Positions 8,061 through 18,145 are shown, numbered from the stretch's first letter. The stretch is 64,000 bases of DNA from Patescibacteria group bacterium (GCA_038230655.1 JBBRMU010000003.1:10288-74287); one strand, 5' to 3'. Program-made: numbers and translations. The notes: generated by a model from the letters alone, not told the origin.

Positions 8061-10154
8061 TTAACCGAGTATTAAACGGCAGTCTGCTGCAAAAAGACCT
8101 TTGTCTGTAGAAAAGAGGGGATTAATATCGATTGCCTGAATATCTGAAAAATGATGCATAAGAAAACCGAGTGTCATGCCAATTTCATAGAGTTGTTGTG
8201 GTTTAATGGCTGGTGCGCCTCTAAACCCTTTTATTATATTTATTACCTTAGTGGTCTCAAGTTTTTTCGTGAACTCTTTAAGCGTAAAAGGATAGACAAA
8301 CTGAGTTACTTCCTTTAGTAGTTCTACGTAAATACCTCCTAAACCATAGACTAAAATGGGCCCAAAAACGTTATCTCGCTTTACCCCAATGAATAGCTCA
8401 TTTCCTTTAACATTTTTCTGAATATAGCACCCTTCTGAATTTGCAATTTTTGACAGATCGTTGAAGGCTTTTTTCAGATCTTGGACAGTCTCTATATTTG
8501 TAACTACTCCTTTAACATCTGTTTTGTGAGTGATTTTATCTGAGGCAACTTTAGCAACCACTGGAAAACGGAGTTTTTTTATAACATAGTCCAGTTCCTC
8601 TTTGTGATGGACATGATGAATCGGTAGCAAAGGAATACCCGCTAAGTGAAGGATATTCATGCTTTCCTCAAGATTCAAAAACTTCTTAGAGGAAGCAAGC
8701 TCCAGTATATCCTTGATCTGTTGTTCATGCGCGAGAGTTATGAGGGTTTCAGGTGAATGAGAAGAGGGTGGCTGCTTTGGACGATACTCATAGCTCTCAA
8801 CAATTGCATTAATCATACTTGGTAAAGGTTCATAACTATCAAAGCTAACAACATGATGTTCTTCAAATAATCGATGGGCATCCTTAATCGAGTGTTCCCC
8901 CATAAATACCGGATATATAGGTTTAATAAAATGATTTTGAGCTTCAATAATAGCTCTAGCCGTCTCCATGATCTGGGTGTTTGCTTGGGGTGTAAGTAAG
9001 ACTATCACAGCCCCGATATCCTGCTGTTGAATACTACTTAGTATCGCCTGACGGTAGTCAAAGACACTTGCATCTCCAAGAAGGTCGATCGGATTATGAA
9101 TAGTGATTCTTTTAAAACCTTTGCTGCCAAGAGACTTCTCTAACTCTTTTTTAGTATGTTCAGTTATGGTTACGAGGCTAAGATGATTATGTACAAGTTC
9201 ATCGGTGAGTAAAACACCAACACCACCTGCATTTGAGAGTACTAAAACTGACCTAAACGTGGGAATTTTTCCAAAGCTATAAACTTTTAATATATCAATA
9301 AACTGTTGATAGGAGTTCGCGACCACAGCACCAGCCTGTTTAAAAATTGTCTCGTAAACCTCTGCATCGCCACCAAGTCCCCCCGTGTGAGATAAAGCAG
9401 CTTTAGAGCCTTCCTGAGTTCTTCCGGACTTAAGAATAACAACTGGTTTCAACTTAGTTACCTTTGCAAGGGTCTCTCTAAAACGACTCCCATCTTTCAC
9501 GTCTTCTAAATACATTCCAATCACCTCTGTACTGCTGTCCTGTGATAAAAACTCCAAACAGTCCGACTCATCCACAACTGTCTTGTTACCTAGACTGATG
9601 AAGTAAGAAAAACCCAGGTGATTATGATCTATAAAATGATCAATCATCACACTTCCAAGTGCCCCAGATTGAGAAACAACGCTAATATTTCCTTTTGGCG
9701 AGCTGTGTTTGAGAAAAGTAGCATTAATATGCCGTGAGGTGTTAATAAAGCCTAGACAGTTCGGTCCTAAAATACATAAATCATATTCTTTAGCCTTTGC
9801 AATAAGTAACTCTTCTCGCTTTTTCCCATCGTCACCAGTCTCTCTAAATCCTGCAGCGTAAATTACAACATTCTTTATACCCAACTGTGAGATTTCCTGA
9901 AGAGAGTTGAGAGCAATTTCAGACGGAACAGCGTGAATAACAAGATCAATTGGCGCGTCAATATCAACAATCGATTTATATACTGTTTTATTAAGTACTC
10001 TGTCCAGGTGTGGATTTATGAAATAAAGCTCTCCCTTATATCCTTGGTCCATGATATTTTTAGCTACAATATGCCCAACCTTTTGTGGTTCGTGAGATAC
10101 ACCTATGATTGCGATTGAGTTAGGATTCAAAAGCGTAGTCAAATCTTGAGACAT
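8061..10154 (-). CDS. acetate--CoA ligase (ADP-forming) / acetyl-CoA synthetase, fused alpha-beta
   Basis: N-terminal CoA-binding domain (NSIAIIGVS...VGH), succinyl-CoA-synthetase-like flavodoxin domain and C-terminal ATP-grasp. Length is 697 aa. Confidence 0.85.
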   Translation of the reverse strand: MSQDLTTLLNPNSIAIIGVSHEPQKVGHIVAKNIMDQGYKGELYFINPHLDRVLNKTVYKSIVDIDAPIDLVIHAVPSEIALNSLQEISQLGIKNVVIYAAGFRETGDDGKKREELLIAKAKEYDLCILGPNCLGFINTSRHINATFLKHSSPKGNISVVSQSGALGSVMIDHFIDHNHLGFSYFISLGNKTVVDESDCLEFLSQDSSTEVIGMYLEDVKDGSRFRETLAKVTKLKPVVILKSGRTQEGSKAALSHTGGLGGDAEVYETIFKQAGAVVANSYQQFIDILKVYSFGKIPTFRSVLVLSNAGGVGVLLTDELVHNHLSLVTITEHTKKELEKSLGSKGFKRITIHNPIDLLGDASVFDYRQAILSSIQQQDIGAVIVLLTPQANTQIMETARAIIEAQNHFIKPIYPVFMGEHSIKDAHRLFEEHHVVSFDSYEPLPSMINAIVESYEYRPKQPPSSHSPETLITLAHEQQIKDILELASSKKFLNLEESMNILHLAGIPLLPIHHVHHKEELDYVIKKLRFPVVAKVASDKITHKTDVKGVVTNIETVQDLKKAFNDLSKIANSEGCYIQKNVKGNELFIGVKRDNVFGPILVYGLGGIYVELLKEVTQFVYPFTLKEFTKKLETTKVINIIKGFRGAPAIKPQQLYEIGMTLGFLMHHFSDIQAIDINPLFSTDKGLFAADCRLILG

Positions 10155-10486
10155 AAATTCATTATACCCTTTTCCATAACATTACAACGGGTATAAACTC
10201 TCCTAACCTGATCTTGAATAACCAAATTTTGTACAATCACTTAAAGAGCAGTATATAAACAAAAAAATCTAAGAAACAAAACATACTTTATCGTACTATT
10301 TATTACACAAATAGTACCTTTTCTTCAATAATTATTAAGTTAAGGAATGTAATATAAAAGTATGAAGAAAAAGAAGAGAACTTTGAAAAAAGAAGCAGTC
10401 TTACATCACTTATTACCTTTTTCTCTTACATCAGGCCTATCCATTAGTAGTTTTTTTTATAATGAAGAACGGAGGTGAGTTTATAG

Positions 10487-10576
10487 ATGGCAAAAAGAGG
10501 GTTAGGTGGGAATATTGATCCACAAAAAAAACGCGCAATTCAGAGTAAGGGTGGAAAAGTTGGAGGTAAACACTAG
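10487..10576 (+). CDS. small KGG-repeat (general-stress-like) peptide, 29 aa
   Basis: Not in the track (<60 aa). TATAAT at 10458-10463, SD GGAGGTGA at 10471-10478, ATG at 10487. Peptide is MAKRGLGGNIDPQKKRAIQSKGGKVGGKH, followed by a terminator. Confidence 0.55.
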   Translation: MAKRGLGGNIDPQKKRAIQSKGGKVGGKH

Positions 10577-10594
10577 TGCTATTTCTTACTTGCT

Positions 10595-10617
10595 GGCAGC
10601 CGAAAGGCTGTCTTTTT
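10595..10617 (+). terminator. intrinsic terminator (GAAA-capped hairpin + U5)
   Basis: GGCAGCC-GAAA-GGCTGTC followed by TTTTT. Confidence 0.6.
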
Positions 10618-10805
10618 GGAAGTAATCACTTACACAATTCTTACCTCTAATTAACATTAAAATCTTATAATAATCTAATTAATAATTTATGCCAGATAAA
10701 GGATGGTGATAAAATGTTAAGAACTTTTGAAAACGATTTTGACAATGATCTTAATGAAGATCCAATGGTTTTAGAAGGCGATGGATTTGATGATTAACTT
10801 CAAGT

Positions 10806-12614
10806 CTACGGAATTCTTTTATATATTCTGATGGTTGGATGATCAAATACCGACCATGTTTCTTCAGCGTGTTCATCTTTAAAAGAGATTATTTTTTTTC
10901 CAAGTAGAGATATGTATGGATCTGAGTTAAACTCTTTAACAAGACCAAATCCTAACTTTCCAGTGAAAAGGCGATCGTAATATTCATTTAAAAGTGGATA
11001 CTGTTTTTTAAGGTAATCACAGCGGAAACTATTCAGCAATATACTACTTAAGCCTTCTACAATACAGGTGTGATTTGCAAATACTCTTCGTGATGGAACA
11101 ACAATATAGTCGGCTTTCTTTAAATCCTCAGTAAACTCTAGCTTTAACTGAGGACTTTCATCAAGTTCATAAGAATTAAAGGGAATGACTTCGTATGAGT
11201 TAGTGTTCTCTTTAATAGGATAAGGTGGAGGAATGGGCAAATTCACAACATTCGCAGTTTCGCTAAGCAATACCGAATTTGGAGGAATATTTTGGTAGAT
11301 CCATTCTGAAGCCCTGAAACGCACATCTGGATTTAAATAGACTGAAAGATAGGCAACTCCAGGTAATAGTGAGAGAAAAACAAATCCCGCTACAAGGAGA
11401 TAAAGGAGATTTTGTACCTTTTTTTTAGGTTTATTTTCTAACCTCAAAAGAAAAGATAGATGCTCATATAAATACAGTAAGAAGAGAACGCTCATTACCT
11501 CCATAACAGGGAAAACTGGCGCCATAAATCGCGTCCACTTTGTATACAAAAATACGTTTAAAAGGAAGTACACAATGAATGAGAGACGGAGGATATTAAA
11601 TTCTTTTTTATAGGGAAGCAAGATTACCCCACCACAAAAAAAACCAAAAACCAAACTTCCAAGAGCATATGGAAAAATTGAGCTCAGCTGAAAGATAACT
11701 GGTAAAGTTAGCTGGAACTGACGGGTATAAAACACGAGTACCTTTCCCAATCCTACTGAAGATTCATACTGCATTGAACCAAGAAAACCATTAAAGTCAA
11801 TAAAGTTGTAAGGAGAGAAGACTACACCTATTAATAAACTAAGCGTCAAAAACTGGAAAACAGTAAAAAAAGTTAAAACTGAAGCTTTGTAATTTGTATA
11901 CGGTTTATAGTGATAGAAAATTATACTTGCGGGTATGATTAAGTAGCTGAAAGCAGAGACCTTAGTTGCAAGCGCTAACCCACAGACTGTACCGCTCAAT
12001 ACAATGTATCTGGAAAAAGATAACTCATCTCTACTGAACTTTATCGAAAAGTACGTAACTAACGTCAAGAAAAACATTAATAGTGACTCAGTTGTCCCAA
12101 AGTGAGCAAACTGAATAAGTGCGGGTGAAAATATAAATACGGCCCCACAGATAAGTAAAATCAATATATCTTTAAACTTATTGCGATAATCATTAACTAT
12201 TTTTTTACCTTGCGCGTATAGAACTCCATTGTATATATCCTGGACTAGCTTAATCATAATTAAAACCATTAGCACAGATGAAAATGCTGAGATTGTTCGT
12301 AGTGATAACACTGCTTCCTCAAAATTTACCGGAGTTTTTAAGCCTGTCACAAAGTGATAAATAGAAATTCCTAGGTAACCAAGATAAAGAGGTAACTGCC
12401 CATAAGCAAAAAAATGAGGATTAAAACACTCAAGGTCCAGCTGCGTGCAGCTTAGTTTCATTATCGCATCAGCCATGTTTCTTTCATCAGGATGAAATGG
12501 ATAGGGTAGACCCCATGAAAGATGATTAAAACGCGTGTAAATTAGCAAACAGACTACTACTAAAAGTAAAATTGAGTAGAGGTGGTTTAGGTTTGCCCTT
12601 GATTTTTCGCCCAT
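10806..12614 (-). CDS. GT-C fold membrane glycosyltransferase (PMT/ArnT, GT39-like)
   Basis: Polytopic protein. Acidic first-loop motif HPDERNMADA follows TM1. The C-terminal domain is soluble. Confidence 0.7.
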   Translation of the reverse strand: MGEKSRANLNHLYSILLLVVVCLLIYTRFNHLSWGLPYPFHPDERNMADAIMKLSCTQLDLECFNPHFFAYGQLPLYLGYLGISIYHFVTGLKTPVNFEEAVLSLRTISAFSSVLMVLIMIKLVQDIYNGVLYAQGKKIVNDYRNKFKDILILLICGAVFIFSPALIQFAHFGTTESLLMFFLTLVTYFSIKFSRDELSFSRYIVLSGTVCGLALATKVSAFSYLIIPASIIFYHYKPYTNYKASVLTFFTVFQFLTLSLLIGVVFSPYNFIDFNGFLGSMQYESSVGLGKVLVFYTRQFQLTLPVIFQLSSIFPYALGSLVFGFFCGGVILLPYKKEFNILRLSFIVYFLLNVFLYTKWTRFMAPVFPVMEVMSVLFLLYLYEHLSFLLRLENKPKKKVQNLLYLLVAGFVFLSLLPGVAYLSVYLNPDVRFRASEWIYQNIPPNSVLLSETANVVNLPIPPPYPIKENTNSYEVIPFNSYELDESPQLKLEFTEDLKKADYIVVPSRRVFANHTCIVEGLSSILLNSFRCDYLKKQYPLLNEYYDRLFTGKLGFGLVKEFNSDPYISLLGKKIISFKDEHAEETWSVFDHPTIRIYKRIP

Positions 12615-12679
12615 TTCTTATTATTATATATCAAATTGATAGTTGCTATTGCCAAAGTGCTAACAGCGAATGCTCATTT

Positions 12680-12943
12680 ATGAATAAGTACGAGTTTACC
12701 TTTCTACTACCTGATGAAGCAGAAGTAGAGCCAATTAGAGCCCTCCTAGAATCTTTAAAGGGAAAAATATCTGATGAACAAAAATGGGGAAAACGCTCAC
12801 TTGCATATCCAATTAATAAACTCATGAGTGCCTATTATATTACCTGGATGCTCGAAATAGAACCAAAACAGCTCTCAGAACTCAAAAAAAAGCTTAACTT
12901 TAACGAAAAATTGATGAGATATCTTTTATTAAAAATTGAGTAA
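12680..12943 (+). CDS. rpsF: 30S ribosomal protein S6
   Basis: MNKYEFTFLL...KWGKRSLAYPI is typical bS6. It lies in the rpsF-ssb-rpsR order. The longer track ORF overlaps the divergent gene. Confidence 0.9.
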   Translation: MNKYEFTFLLPDEAEVEPIRALLESLKGKISDEQKWGKRSLAYPINKLMSAYYITWMLEIEPKQLSELKKKLNFNEKLMRYLLLKIE

Positions 12944-12948
12944 TCGCC

Positions 12949-13419
12949 ATGGCAAGTAGATCTTTGAATAGAGTAATACTAATTGGTAACTTAACAAGAG
13001 ACCCTGAACTAAAGTACACTCCGGCCGGAACTGCTGTCTGTACATTTGGTTTGGCAACAAATAGATCATGGACTACTGCAGATGGACAGACCAAAGAGGA
13101 CGTTCAATATCACAGAATAGTTGCCTGGCAGAAGCTAGCAGAACTGTGTGGTAAGTTACTAACTAAAGGTCGAAAAGTCTATCTTGAAGGCAGATTAACT
13201 TATAGAAATTTTACTGGTAAAGATGGCCAGCCAAAAACAATCGCTGAGATTGTACTTGATGACTTTATTGTTTTTGGAGACGGTAAAAAGGGTGGAGGAG
13301 AAGAAGTAAAATCTGAAGCTCCGGAAGCTGAATTCGCTCATGAGGAGCATGCTGCAGAAGAGACACCAGCACCAGCTCAAACTGATCAGGACGTTAACCC
13401 TGACGATATTCCATTCTAA
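12949..13419 (+). CDS. ssb: single-stranded DNA-binding protein
   Basis: OB-fold N-terminus (LNRVILIGNLTRDPELKYT), acidic tail ending DDIPF. Confidence 0.95.
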   Translation: MASRSLNRVILIGNLTRDPELKYTPAGTAVCTFGLATNRSWTTADGQTKEDVQYHRIVAWQKLAELCGKLLTKGRKVYLEGRLTYRNFTGKDGQPKTIAEIVLDDFIVFGDGKKGGGEEVKSEAPEAEFAHEEHAAEETPAPAQTDQDVNPDDIPF

Positions 13420-13426
13420 CTAAAAT

Positions 13427-13648
13427 ATGGCTACAAACATGAATAAATGCTTTTACTGTAAATTTGGCTCACATCCAAGCTACAAAGACGTGGATGCACT
13501 AGAAAGATTTTTATCTCCTAGAAAAAAAATCCTCAGTAGAGATAAATCTGGTCTGTGCGCAAAACACCAGAGAATGCTCACTAAACACATGAAATATGCC
13601 CGCTATGTTGCTTTAGTGCCTTATGTTTCTTACCAAGGCGCGAGATAA
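13427..13648 (+). CDS. rpsR: 30S ribosomal protein S18
   Basis: Typical bS18 core (YKDVDALERFLSPRKKILSR...GLCAKHQR). Confidence 0.95.
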   Translation: MATNMNKCFYCKFGSHPSYKDVDALERFLSPRKKILSRDKSGLCAKHQRMLTKHMKYARYVALVPYVSYQGAR

Positions 13649-13811
13649 CATCCTATAGTTTGAAAAGATCCCTCCTTTGGAATCTCTCTTAAGGAAATAT
13701 CTATATACTATTCATTAAAAACTATATTTCCGGGTTAAGGACAGTAAAATGCGTCAATCTGTGACACTCCTTCCGATTGCAAACCAGCATGAAAAAGGTA
13801 TATAATAAACC

Positions 13812-14561
13812 ATGTCAGTTATTCAATTTCAAATACCTTTCGATGGTGAACTACTCATAAAAAAAGAAGATCGAGTGGGATTTCAAACTCCTTTATTTAA
13901 ACAGCTCACGAAAGTACATGTTTCTGTACCTTTGGCTAAAATTCTTCATACTTCTCCCTCAAAAATATTTCAGAGTCTTAAAAAATTTGTAGGAGATAAA
14001 ATTGCAAAAGGAGATATTGTAGCTGAAAGCAGCTCCTTTTTGTCAAAAAAAAAGTATATGAGTGAATACGACGGGACTCTCAAAGAAGTTAACCACCAAA
14101 ATGGCACGATTGTGCTTGAAGTCAACACTGAGGATGAAGGTACAGTAAATGCTTTCTTTATTGGCGAGATTGATGATATAGAAGCAGTACAGCATGCATC
14201 TGGAGGTAAAACTGTGAATATTAAACTTAAAACAAAACATTCCAAAGAGTATGAAGTAAAAGAGGCCTCCGAAAGCTTTGGGGGGGAGGTAGTTTACTGC
14301 AAGAATCCGATTAAGTCTCATCTGACAGCAGATGAGGTAAGTCACAAAGTTGTGGTTGATGAGAGAATACCATCGTACGAGCAGGTTAAATACGAAGCTC
14401 TCGGTGCAAAAGGTTTTATTTCTCTACATACCTTACCCGAAAAATCAGTAGCCCATTTCGCAAAACTCACAGGAGAACCAGACCACCAAAAAATCGAAGA
14501 GCATAGACTTCCGTACTGTCTAGTGTTAAAAACGGAGAGTAAAGTATTTTTTTACGAGTAA
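13812..14561 (+). CDS. hypothetical protein (possible lipoyl/barrel-sandwich-like segment)
   Basis: ORF only. Promoter TTGCAA 13777-13782 and TATAAT 13801-13806 lie directly upstream of the ATG. Confidence 0.55.
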   Translation: MSVIQFQIPFDGELLIKKEDRVGFQTPLFKQLTKVHVSVPLAKILHTSPSKIFQSLKKFVGDKIAKGDIVAESSSFLSKKKYMSEYDGTLKEVNHQNGTIVLEVNTEDEGTVNAFFIGEIDDIEAVQHASGGKTVNIKLKTKHSKEYEVKEASESFGGEVVYCKNPIKSHLTADEVSHKVVVDERIPSYEQVKYEALGAKGFISLHTLPEKSVAHFAKLTGEPDHQKIEEHRLPYCLVLKTESKVFFYE

Positions 14562-14608
14562 TTTAATTGTTTTGACATTAGAGACAGAACAAAATATAAT
14601 AAAAGTCT

Positions 14609-15844
14609 ATGAAATCCAATCAGTCAACAAACTTTCTTCTTTATTTGTGTGCAGCTATTTTCATCTTTTGGATAGGTACACAGTTTGGAAAATCTCAGCT
14701 TTCCTATAATGGATCTTTAGTACAAGCCTTCAAAAGTGACTCAAGTAATAAAGACTTTGACATAAATCAACTCCTTGAAACAGTGAAAAAAATCGATGAA
14801 AAATATGTCGACAAGAAAAAAATCGACAAGAAAAAAATGCTTTACGCCGCAATTAAAGGGATGGTCGGAACATTAAATGATCCTTACACTTACTTTTTAA
14901 CTCCTGATGAAAATAAACAACTCAAGAATGAACTTGCGGGAAAACTGGAAGGGATCGGTGCTATGTTGGAGATGAAAGATACCAATATTACCATCATCTC
15001 TCTTTTAAAAAACTCCCCAGCTGAAGACGCAGGTTTAAAGCCCGGCGATATCATCTCAAAAGTCAATAATACTTCCATGAAAGGTCAAATTTTGACTAAA
15101 GTTGTAGCCCAGATCCGTGGACCAAAGGGTACAAAAGTCAATTTGGTCGTAGTTCGTGACGGAAAAGAAATTCCTTATACCATCACCCGCGATCAGATTC
15201 AAACAAACTCTCTTGATCTTTCTTATGAAACAGCTGCAAACTGCCAGTCTAACTGTCAAAAAATTGCGCTATTACAGCTACATCAGTTTGGCGACACGAG
15301 CAATGATGAGTGGGATACGGCGGTAGAAGAGGTAAAACAAAAATATGAAAATAAGGAGATAAGCGGGGTGGTCTTGGATTTAAGAAATAATCCAGGAGGA
15401 TATCTCCAAAGTGCAGTCTATCTGACCTCTGATTTTATTGATAAAGATAAAGTTATCGTTACTCAAGAGTCAACAAACTCCTCAATTCCTTATTACTCAC
15501 TTCCTTCCGGAAGACTTAAAGACATACCTTTGACCGTTATCGTAAATCAGTACTCTGCCTCTGCGGCTGAAATTATGTCTGGTGCTCTGAAAGACTACAA
15601 AAGAGCAGTTTTGGTGGGAGTAAAGACTTTTGGAAAAGGTTCAGTTCAAGAAGCTGTAGATTTAAGAGAGAGTGCAGGTTTACATGTAACTGTCGCCAAA
15701 TGGATTCTCCCTAAAGGAGTTTGGATTAACGGCAAAGGCATAGAGCCAAATGTGAAAGTCGAGAGTGCTTTTAAAGAAAATGACTCTTACTCGAAAGAAA
15801 AAGATGCTCAACTACAGAAGGCAATAGATTTAGTTATAAAATAA
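14609..15844 (+). CDS. ctpA: S41 family C-terminal processing peptidase
   Basis: PDZ segment, catalytic Ser context (NQYSASAAEI) and a downstream Lys region (TFGKGSVQ). Confidence 0.9.
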   Translation: MKSNQSTNFLLYLCAAIFIFWIGTQFGKSQLSYNGSLVQAFKSDSSNKDFDINQLLETVKKIDEKYVDKKKIDKKKMLYAAIKGMVGTLNDPYTYFLTPDENKQLKNELAGKLEGIGAMLEMKDTNITIISLLKNSPAEDAGLKPGDIISKVNNTSMKGQILTKVVAQIRGPKGTKVNLVVVRDGKEIPYTITRDQIQTNSLDLSYETAANCQSNCQKIALLQLHQFGDTSNDEWDTAVEEVKQKYENKEISGVVLDLRNNPGGYLQSAVYLTSDFIDKDKVIVTQESTNSSIPYYSLPSGRLKDIPLTVIVNQYSASAAEIMSGALKDYKRAVLVGVKTFGKGSVQEAVDLRESAGLHVTVAKWILPKGVWINGKGIEPNVKVESAFKENDSYSKEKDAQLQKAIDLVIK

Positions 15845-15936
15845 TACGGTCTGCTGAAATTCAGGTTTTTTTCAGCAATAGAGTGATAAAATGTGTCAGT
15901 GCTCATATATAAATATTATTTATTCGTTTCTAGTCT

Positions 15937-17079
15937 ATGAAAAAACTCCTACTGGGTTTAGCGATAATAGTAATAATCTTCGCAGCTCTGTCTCAAAATA
16001 AATCCTATTCTCTTAAAAATTTAATCAAAAATCAAGCCTCATCACCTCTCTTTGGTCAGGGTGAAAAACAGAAAGTTGTTTATGAAGAATCTGTTATTAC
16101 ACAGGTAGTTCAAGACTCTCTCCCTTCTGTCGTCACAATCGGCATTGTTCAGTCTAATGCAGGTTCATCAGATCAATTTAACACGGACCCATTCTCCCCA
16201 TTTACACCCTTTAGACAGCCTTCTAAACTGAATGTCGAAAACAATATAGGAAGTGGGTTTATTATCTCTCCTGACGGCTTAGTAATTACTAATAAACATG
16301 TTGTCTCAGACACAACATCCACATATAAAGTACTGACTAATGACGGCAAGAAATTCGATGTTCAGAAAATATACCGAGACCCTTTAAATGACCTGGCTAT
16401 CTTAAAAATAAGTGCTTCAGGCCTGACTCCTCTGAAGCTCGGTGACTCAGCCCATCTAAAATTAGGCCAGTTGACGATTGCTATTGGGACACCACTTGGA
16501 GAGTTCAAAAATACTATTACTTCAGGAATTGTATCTGGACTTGGACGAGGAATAACGGCTGGATCTCCCTTTGAAGGGTCAGTAGAAAAGCTTGATAATG
16601 TCATCCAGACAGATGCTGCCATTAGCCCTGGAAACTCTGGAGGTCCGTTGCTTAACTCAAGCGGCCAAGTCATCGGCATAAATACCGCTGTCGCATCTGA
16701 AGGCCAAAATATCGGGTTTGCTATTCCAGTTAATATAATTAAGGGACTTATCTCAAAGTTTGAAAGTAATGGCATGTCTTTTGAAAGGCCATATATAGGT
16801 ATTCGGTATCAGATGATTGATAAACAGTCCGCCATACTTCACGAAGTTGCAGAAGGAGCATATGTTCTTGAAGTTATTCAGGGGAGCCCTGCAGAGAAGG
16901 CAAAAATACAGCAAGAAGATATCGTGACAGAGATTGATGGTAAAAAAGTTTCAACAAGTGATCAAGAAGCCATTACTAAAGTAATATCTGATAAAAAAGT
17001 AGGGGATGCAGTCCTTCTGAAGGTTTGGAGAGTTGGTAATTTCCGAGATGTCACCGTTACTCTTGAAGCTTCACCTTAA
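15937..17079 (+). CDS. HtrA/DegP family serine protease (trypsin-like + PDZ)
   Basis: TNKHV (His), DLAILK (Asp) and GNSGGPLLN (Ser), with a C-terminal PDZ domain. Confidence 0.9.
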   Translation: MKKLLLGLAIIVIIFAALSQNKSYSLKNLIKNQASSPLFGQGEKQKVVYEESVITQVVQDSLPSVVTIGIVQSNAGSSDQFNTDPFSPFTPFRQPSKLNVENNIGSGFIISPDGLVITNKHVVSDTTSTYKVLTNDGKKFDVQKIYRDPLNDLAILKISASGLTPLKLGDSAHLKLGQLTIAIGTPLGEFKNTITSGIVSGLGRGITAGSPFEGSVEKLDNVIQTDAAISPGNSGGPLLNSSGQVIGINTAVASEGQNIGFAIPVNIIKGLISKFESNGMSFERPYIGIRYQMIDKQSAILHEVAEGAYVLEVIQGSPAEKAKIQQEDIVTEIDGKKVSTSDQEAITKVISDKKVGDAVLLKVWRVGNFRDVTVTLEASP

Positions 17080-17085
17080 CTAATA

Positions 17086-17949
17086 ATGCAGATTAAACCA
17101 GTATTAGAACAAGATGCGACCGGAATAGTGAAAGAGTCATACCTAGAACTAACTAATGCTTTTCACACTCGCTCGCTACCGATGTTCTTTACTTTTTTGG
17201 GGCCATTTCCTGAGTATTTGACCTACATTACAAAGCAACTAACAACAAATGTAAATGATAATAACTTTAAAATTATTGTCGAAGAAGCCCAAATTGAGTT
17301 AAAAACTCTTATCAAAGATAGTTTAACCTCTTCAGAAGAAAAAAATGAGTGGCTAAAAAGATATAGCAGTTCTCCTTCATTTTATTATTTTAAGAAAGAT
17401 CTCAATCATATTTTTTCCACAAATATCAAAATATGTCTCATCTTTATTGCACTGCGAGAAGCTATTAAAGGGTGGGCAGTCGCTGCAAAACAGCTACCTT
17501 CAGATACTCCATCAACATCATCGTCTAAAGAACCAGATGAATATACTGTAAATTCATTCATTTATGAAGGAATTCTTCCCTCACCGCCTAATAAAGAAAA
17601 ATCAGATACCAATTCAAAGGACATTACTAATCAAACAAATGCAATTGCCGTCTCTCAACCTAATGCTATTGAACATAATTTGCTTCCTGTGTACCTACTG
17701 ATTTGTAGAAGTGACTTTTCTGAGCTGATGAAAGAAGAACGTTTCCTCCTTACCCGTGTAACAATCGAAAAACTTTTTTTATCTTATATTGGAATCCTGC
17801 CGCATCTAATTTTTTCGCCAATTAATGTAGTTTTCGATCTAACATCCACGTATAAAAATTTTCCAGATCTCCTCTATCTTCTTTCAGAGCATTTTCCAAC
17901 CTATGCAGTCCAAAGGATGATGTTTAGCGCATATATCAATCTTAGCTGA
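17086..17949 (+). CDS. hypothetical protein, weak DehI-like (halocarboxylic acid dehalogenase I family) N-terminus
   Basis: N-terminal pattern EQDATGIVKESYLEL...PMFFTFLGPFPEYL resembles the DehI family. The assignment is weak. Confidence 0.4.
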   Translation: MQIKPVLEQDATGIVKESYLELTNAFHTRSLPMFFTFLGPFPEYLTYITKQLTTNVNDNNFKIIVEEAQIELKTLIKDSLTSSEEKNEWLKRYSSSPSFYYFKKDLNHIFSTNIKICLIFIALREAIKGWAVAAKQLPSDTPSTSSSKEPDEYTVNSFIYEGILPSPPNKEKSDTNSKDITNQTNAIAVSQPNAIEHNLLPVYLLICRSDFSELMKEERFLLTRVTIEKLFLSYIGILPHLIFSPINVVFDLTSTYKNFPDLLYLLSEHFPTYAVQRMMFSAYINLS

Positions 17950-18030
17950 TTTAGGATAAAGAAAAATCGGGTTAGACTGTTTTATACCTTAGTATTTTAT
18001 GTGAGACGGTATCTGAAGGAGTCGGAAAGG

Positions 18031-18145
18031 AGCTGCGGAAAGGTAATAAAGGTGAGTGTTGAGTAAAAACTCAACGACGTTGGAAATGTAAATTTCCTAC
18101 GCTAAAAAACACCTGCTGTAGAATACAGCATACCTCTCCGCAGCT
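18031..18145. ncRNA. candidate structured RNA of unknown class (13-bp closing helix around three hairpins)
   Basis: 18031-18043 pairs with 18133-18145 (12 Watson-Crick pairs + 1 A.C/G.U). Enclosed hairpins are at 18058-18075, 18082-18097 (GUAA loop on the plus strand) and 18114-18130. An outer 8-bp helix joins 17986-17993 to 18164-18171. The strand is ambiguous. Confidence 0.35.

Noticed and set aside
10362-10478. A 38-aa Lys-rich ORF (MKKKKRTLKKEAVLHH...).
   Set aside because: Its 3' part overlaps the TATAAT and SD of the better-supported KGG peptide gene, and it stops inside that SD. It has no convincing SD of its own.
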